Part shown: positions 58,715-64,000 of the stretch, piece after piece
Layout: each line of letters starts with the position of its first letter
Position numbering within the stretch: position 1 is the stretch's first letter
DNA from: Candidatus Eiseniibacteriota bacterium
GTDB taxonomy: Bacteria; Eisenbacteria; RBG-16-71-46; SZUA-252
Assembly (NCBI GenBank): GCA_963703225.1
Contig: OY969801.1
Coordinates: 1,920,001-1,984,000 of the forward strand
DNA: 64,000 bases
Reading direction: 5' to 3'
Position numbers and translations under genes: made by a program
The notes under the pieces: generated by a model
The model's input: the letters and a program-made list of their open reading frames with translations, nothing else
Database searches by the model: none
What the model was told of the DNA's origin: nothing

Positions 58715-59434
58715 TCACTTTGCCCCGCCAGAGGTCAGTTCCCGAAGCATCTCCGCGTCGCGCAGCGTGATTCTGCCCCGAGAAAGACTGATAGCGCCCA
58801 ACCGCTCGAACTCCTTGAGGAGCCTGCTGACCACTTCTCGCGCGGTGCCCAGGTCGGCCGCGATCTCGGCGTGGGTGATGTCGACGCTTCCGATCGAGCC
58901 CATCTCCTGTGAAAAATACCCCTCGAGACACCGGGCCAGGCGCTGGTCCATTCTCCGGAAAGAGACTTCCTCGACGAGCGACATGACCTCGATGAGCCTG
59001 GTCGAGAACATCCGGAACACAAACGTCCGGAGCGCCTCGTGCTCGGCGATCCACCGGCGGAATGTGGCGGAAGGAAGGAGTATCGCTTCGACATCCTCCT
59101 CGACTTGGGCCATCGCAGGCACCGGACGGTCGGAGAGGATGCATGACACGTTCAGGGGGCACACCTCGCCCGGGCCGACGTGATAGAGCGTGATCTCATG
59201 GCCGGTCTCACCCAGTTTGAATACACGCATCCGCCCCGTAGCCACGATGGCGAATTGGGCGCAGGAGTCCCCTTCGCGAAGGAAATAGGCGCCCGCCTCG
59301 AGGCGGACGACGCTCGCCTCCGCCAGAAACGCCCGCTGAAGGTCGGCTGGCGCGTCGTTGAAGAACGGAATCTTACCAAGGACATCGCGCTTCGCGCTGG
59401 TGGGTGTGCGAGCGCTTGTCATGGTGCTCGACAT
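58715..59434 (-). CDS. Crp/Fnr family transcriptional regulator
   Basis: cNMP-binding fold (GRMRVFK..GHEITLY), HTH THAEIAADLGTAREVVSRLL. Confidence 0.92.
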   Translation of the reverse strand: MSSTMTSARTPTSAKRDVLGKIPFFNDAPADLQRAFLAEASVVRLEAGAYFLREGDSCAQFAIVATGRMRVFKLGETGHEITLYHVGPGEVCPLNVSCILSDRPVPAMAQVEEDVEAILLPSATFRRWIAEHEALRTFVFRMFSTRLIEVMSLVEEVSFRRMDQRLARCLEGYFSQEMGSIGSVDITHAEIAADLGTAREVVSRLLKEFERLGAISLSRGRITLRDAEMLRELTSGGAK

Positions 59435-59652
59435 ATCGGGTCCCTCCGAAACCGGCGCGCCCCGTAGCGGCCCCGGAGGGGGATCCGGCGGCCCTGGGTT
59501 TGTCGAAGCATCGATCATCCCCATATCCAGCGCCTCGGGCAAGAACTTATCGCGGTCTGGCCGCGGGGCCGTACATGGCTGGCCGGGACGGAAGCGGAGC
59601 GGGCGCCGGGCCTCCCTCAAGGCAGGGCGCTCATCTGCCGATATCCGGGGCG

Positions 59653-60060
59653 ATGCGCAAGGCGATCGTCCCCATGATATTCGCGCTTCTCCTCACGGCC
59701 GGCTGCGCGACAACCGGCGGCGGCGTGGGTGGACCTTCCAGCGACGTCTCCCACTCGATGAAGGGGCTCGTCATGGAAGGCGAGGCCTCCTACTACTCGA
59801 GTGCGTTCAATGGTCGGAGGATGGCGGGAGGCGAGGTCTACGACGACGAGCGGCTGATCGCGGCCCACCGGACACTTCCCTTTGGCACGCGCGTCCGGGT
59901 CACGAACCTCGGCAACGGCCGAAGCGTCGTGGTCACCGTGAAGGATCGCGGACCATCGGTGCGCCACCGAATGATCGATCTGTCGGGGCGCGCGGCGCGC
60001 GATCTGGGGTTTGTCCGGGAAGGCGTCGCGCGCGTTCGCATCGAAGTCATCTCCGGCTAA
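59653..60060 (+). CDS. rlpA: RlpA-like (DPBB) lipoprotein
   Basis: LTAGC lipobox; GEASYY, AAHRTLPFGT, DRGP, IDLS. Confidence 0.9.
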   Translation: MRKAIVPMIFALLLTAGCATTGGGVGGPSSDVSHSMKGLVMEGEASYYSSAFNGRRMAGGEVYDDERLIAAHRTLPFGTRVRVTNLGNGRSVVVTVKDRGPSVRHRMIDLSGRAARDLGFVREGVARVRIEVISG

Positions 60061-60164
60061 ACGGATTCCGGTGGGCCGGGGCGGCACCAGGCCGGCGGGG
60101 CGAAATGGGGAGCCCCACGGGCTCCCAGGCCCGTGGGGCGATTGGTTCACGAATCCTCACGACG

Positions 60165-60728
60165 TCAGTTGCCGGTCGAATCGGCCCCTGCCCCCAATTT
60201 CTGGATGTTGAGGAACACCCAAACGCGGCGCCAGCAGTTGAATCCATTCTTCGCGGTCAGAGACAAGCCCAGGCGATCGGTGGTCGTCCGGAGCGGCACA
60301 CGATAGTGCGTCTTCCAGATTCCCATCGACGCGTCATAGACGAGCGGCTGCGTCTTGCCCCTCGCGTCCGTGAGCGTCACTTCCGCCACGTCCGTCGTGC
60401 CTTCCGCTGTGATCTCCACGATGTCCCCAGGCGCCACGAATTCCTCCGAAGCGGACGCCGCGATGTCCGGCGGAAGCGAGTCGGCCCTCGCCGGCACATC
60501 GGCGTTGGGTGGTGTGGCCTCGGTCAATGACGTTGCCGGTGCCACGGCGTTGGTGGCGGTCGCCGCGTTTCCGGGAGCGCTCGCCTTTGTTGCCGTCGCT
60601 TCGGTCGCAGCGGTTTCTCCCTCCTGCTTGCCGCATCCGATCGCGAGCAGGCCGACCGCAAGCGACGCGACGACGAGGGTGAGTCCGAGCGCCGCCAGCT
60701 GATCCGTCCCCATCTTGGTGTTCTTCAT
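60165..60728 (-). CDS. Hypothetical lipoprotein with Ala/Thr-rich linker
   Basis: LAIGC lipobox; GGAG RBS; Ig-like C-terminal beta region. Confidence 0.72.
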   Translation of the reverse strand: MKNTKMGTDQLAALGLTLVVASLAVGLLAIGCGKQEGETAATEATATKASAPGNAATATNAVAPATSLTEATPPNADVPARADSLPPDIAASASEEFVAPGDIVEITAEGTTDVAEVTLTDARGKTQPLVYDASMGIWKTHYRVPLRTTTDRLGLSLTAKNGFNCWRRVWVFLNIQKLGAGADSTGN

Positions 60729-60873
60729 TGCCGTTCTCCCATCCGGCTGATCCATTCGGACAGCGGGCAGGTGGCCGGCTCCTGTTCCCGAACTGCCTGG
60801 CCTTCGACATGTGCCCCGGGCGCCAGGACCGGGGCGGCGAGAGATTGGCGCTCGCCGCTCGGATAGACCCATA

Positions 60874-60969
60874 TACAAGCGCCGGGCCATTCCCGTAAGT
60901 TATTGCAATTCTGTTACTTAGTATTATTTGTGGCGACCCCTAGGGGCGAAGGTGTGTCACCATTGACAC
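60874..60969 (-). promoter_or_regulatory. Putative sigma54 promoter + IHF-like AT tract + palindromic enhancer
   Basis: TGGCCCGGCGCTTGTA (60874-60889, minus), AT-rich 60896-60930, GTGTCA-N4-TGACAC (60954-60969). Confidence 0.45.
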
Positions 60970-60995
60970 GGAAGGATGGCTAGCAGAGGCTGGTA

Positions 60996-62147
60996 ATGAT
61001 GGCAACGCGTTCAATTCCAGAGAGTAGCGCGGCTGTGGCACTTTTGACACGCGGCTGTACCTGCCTGCTCGCGTCCTTCTGCCTCATCGGTCCGCCCGAG
61101 AGGGCCCTGGCGCAGACCCCCCTTCGAAACGCGCACGTCGTTTGGGCGAGGGACCATCGCGTCTACATCGCCTCGCAGGATTCGGTCGTGCTCGAAGCGG
61201 GATCGATTCTCACGTTCCTGGACCACGGCAAGAAGGTGGCGACCGGCGAGGTCACGGGAGTTCACGACGCAGAGCTCATCGTTGCGAACTTGACCTCCGG
61301 CTCGCTGGAGAAGGTGAAGCATCTCGACCGAATCAAGATCTTGGTCGCGTCTCCCGTGTTCCGTGCGCCACCAATCTTGCGTATCGGTTACCCAGCCCCG
61401 GGCCGAAAGAACCTCCTCTTCGATTGCACCAACCAGTCACTCGACTCTTCCTTTCTTCAGGGGGCATTCAAAGCAGTGTCGATGGAGCGACAAACCTATC
61501 GACTTGTCCGAGACTCGACCTATTCAGTCGCGGCCAAATGGCCCGATACCCTCCTCGTTCGGCTCTTCGACGAGGTCGCGGACGAAGAGATCGCTCTGGA
61601 ACGCGGGGATCTGGACGCCGCGCTCTTCTGGCCCGGCGAGGCCTCCCCCCACATTCGAGAGGCCATGCGCTGGCAGGGGCGCCCTTCGGGCCGATGGGCC
61701 GGAGGGATCCTCGTGACGAGCGCGTGGCGTCCGGGCGTGCCGACTGATTCCACCAGACTCCGCGTAAGCGAACGGCAGGCGCTTGCGCTCCTCAACAAGG
61801 AGCTGTTCCGTGGTGACCTCGCGGAATGGCCCAGCGAAGCAACACCTCCGCCTTCAACTGTCAACACACGGTTTGAGGTGGACAGCTCCTTCCCTGGGCG
61901 GGAGTCGATCGAGCTGCTCTTGAATCGCGCCGTGGGTTCGGGTGGGGCGCCCGCAGCCACCAGGGTGATTCGTCTCTCGTGCGAGATTCCTCCGCAAGAG
62001 GAGGTGCGCCAGGACCTGACCGGAACTGTATTTGACGTCCGGTGCCCCCTCCTCAGCACGCCGAAGCTACGACCCTACCTGGAGGCCATCGGCATCGACC
62101 CGCTCGCCAACTTGTTCCAGTGCTCGCCGGCAACGCGAAAACCATGA
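60996..62147 (+). CDS. Secreted hypothetical protein coupled to a sensor kinase
   Basis: Signal peptide; ALERGDLD motif reminiscent of solute-binding proteins; ATGA overlap with the kinase. Confidence 0.65.
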   Translation: MMATRSIPESSAAVALLTRGCTCLLASFCLIGPPERALAQTPLRNAHVVWARDHRVYIASQDSVVLEAGSILTFLDHGKKVATGEVTGVHDAELIVANLTSGSLEKVKHLDRIKILVASPVFRAPPILRIGYPAPGRKNLLFDCTNQSLDSSFLQGAFKAVSMERQTYRLVRDSTYSVAAKWPDTLLVRLFDEVADEEIALERGDLDAALFWPGEASPHIREAMRWQGRPSGRWAGGILVTSAWRPGVPTDSTRLRVSERQALALLNKELFRGDLAEWPSEATPPPSTVNTRFEVDSSFPGRESIELLLNRAVGSGGAPAATRVIRLSCEIPPQEEVRQDLTGTVFDVRCPLLSTPKLRPYLEAIGIDPLANLFQCSPATRKP

Positions 62148-63776
62148 GATCGCTCCGATCGCGTCTCATCGTCGGCTGTGCGCTGGTCGCGCTCGTTCCG
62201 CTCGCCATCGCGATGTTCCTGCTTTCCCAGCGCGTCGAGAAAACGGTCCGCACGGAGGCAGCGAATCGATTGAACGCCGCGCTCGGCGGGTTCCAGGTTG
62301 AGCTGCGCTCCAACGGTGAGCGCATTGAGGGAAGGATCCGGATCCTCGCCAAGGATCCGGTGCTCAAGCGTCTCTACCTACTCCAGCCCTCGGGAAGCCG
62401 CGATCTCAACGACTACTTGGCCGAGCGCCGGTTCCTGCTGGGGCTCGACTTCCTGCAAGTGGCCGACGGCCACGGATTGGTGGTCGGGCAGGGCGGTAAT
62501 CCCGCGACCATTTCACCCTCGCTGACGATCTCCGCCATGGCTCCCATTCAGTACGAGCAGAGGCCCGCAGGCTCGGTTTCCGGTGGCCTGGCGCTTGATG
62601 CCGCGTTTCTGGACCGCCTCAAACGGACCTCCGGTCTGGAGCTGATCCTGCGCGACGGCACGGGACACGTGATCACCGCGACGGTGGACACGGCCGAGGC
62701 GCGGCTTCTCCCGATTCGGGAGAGCGCCGCGCGTGTTGAGTTGGCGAAGCGATCCTACGTGAGCCAGAGCGTTCCCCTGGATTTAGGCGGAGGGACACGC
62801 GCGAGCGTCACGGGGCTCATCTCCACCGCCCCCGCCGATCAAACCATCGCGACGTTGCGATGGACCTCCCTGCTCCTGGGAGTGCTGGGGTTGGGCATCG
62901 CGATCCTGCTGGGCGCGCTCTGGTCTTCCCAGGTCTCGAGACCCGTAGAGCGGCTGGCGGCGTACTCCCGAACGCTGGCGCAGGGAGAGTGGAACGAGCC
63001 AGTCAGCGTCCCGAGCGTTCCCGAATTACAGACGCTGGTGCGGGCACTCGACCAGATGCGGCGGGACCTGACGACCTACCGCGACAAGCTGGTCCTGAGC
63101 GAGCGGCACGCCGCCTGGAGCCTCATGGCTCGCAAGGTGGCGCACGAGGTGAAGAACCCGCTCACGCCCATCGCGATATCGGTGGCCGATCTCAAGCGAA
63201 GCTACGACCTCCAGCGTCCCGACTTTCCCGCCATCCTCGACCAAGCGGTCCGGACCGTTGGCGACGAGGTGGAGAGCCTGAAGCGATTGCTTCAAGAGTT
63301 CTCCGACTTTGCCCGGCTGCCGGCCCCGAGATTCGCACCCTCACGCGTCTCCGAAATCCTGGCCGATCTGGAGACTCTCTACGGCCGCGACGTGGCCGAG
63401 GGCCGCCTTCGGATATCGCGCCCACGAGCCCGAGATCACCGCCTCCCTCGATGCCGGACAGATCCGCCAAGCTCTGGTCAATCTGGTTCAGAACGGCCTC
63501 GAGGCGATTGGTGGCGGGGGCCACGTCACCTTGTCGGCGCAGGCTGACGGAGGCTTCTTCGACTTTGCCATCTCGGACGACGGGCCCGGCCTCAGCGCGG
63601 AGCAGAGGGCGCAGCTCTTCACTCCCGGATTCACCACAAAGACTCAAGGAAGCGGGCTCGGATTGACCATCGTCGAGCGAATCGTGAACGAACACGGCGG
63701 GGCGGTCACCGTGAGCTCCCAAGCGGGGACGGGCACCACGATCCGAATCCGAATTCCGCTGAAGCAGAAGGGCTAG
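62144..63776 (+). CDS. HAMP-domain sensor histidine kinase (NtrY-like), one frameshift ~63420
   Basis: Two TMs, HAMP, AWSLMARKVAHEVKNPLTPI, FSDFARLP; HATPase NLVQNG, DDGPG, FTTK, GSGLGL in the other frame. Confidence 0.88.
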
Positions 63777-63778
63777 CG

Positions 63779-64000
63779 ATGCCATCGATTCTCGTCGTCG
63801 ACGACGAGGCGAACATTCGGACCAGCTTGCAAGGCGCTCTTGGTCGAGAGGGATACCAGGTGGACGCCGCGGCGACCGTGGCCGAAGCGCGGAACAAGCT
63901 CCGCGACGCGTACGACTTCGTCTTGTTGGATGTCTGGTTCCCGGCGGAGGGCGGGCTCGCGCTTCTGGAGGAGATCGCCAACCACAGTCCGGAGACCATG
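63779..64000 (+). CDS. Response regulator (NtrX/NtrC-like), truncated by window end
   Basis: MPSILVVDDEANIR..LLDVWFP..GL. Confidence 0.85.
   Translation, partial: MPSILVVDDEANIRTSLQGALGREGYQVDAAATVAEARNKLRDAYDFVLLDVWFPAEGGLALLEEIANHSPETM

Overview
High-GC bacterial chromosome segment; the FlgD-Ig-like C-terminal sorting domains, gingipain-like protease and many Hanks kinases suggest an FCB-related lineage such as Ca. Eisenbacteria (inference). The left ~15 kb looks like a decayed tandem array of integrative elements at tRNA-Cys. It has three clear and one degenerate copies of the tRNA-Cys(GCA) 5' half; the three clear copies have their own sigma70-like promoter and stop at the anticodon loop. 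Most copies abut a recurring arm-repeat/terminator module. Between them lies cargo: a frameshifted REase-SF2 helicase-HA protein, FG-GAP propellers, Ser/Thr kinases and a surface repeat protein. Next come a sigma54-type minor-pilin/PilY1 operon, a kinase-ATPase-TPR protein, NagB-II and a phosphoesterase. A long minus-strand stress/repair run follows (LigD, hydrolase, DUF72, TM0106 nuclease-helicase, EVE, DUF2277, DinB, BBE oxidoreductase, Dps, peroxiredoxin, DsbA, FMN reductase), divergent from Ku and an HTH-TPR gene. The right end holds two DUF4332 paralogues, a C25 peptidase, a Crp/Fnr regulator, RlpA and an NtrY/NtrX-like pair. Several genes have collapsed by internal deletion (pirin, a haloperoxidase-like hydrolase) or carry single-base frameshifts, some probably sequencing errors. 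No database searches were run; family calls rest on recognised motifs.
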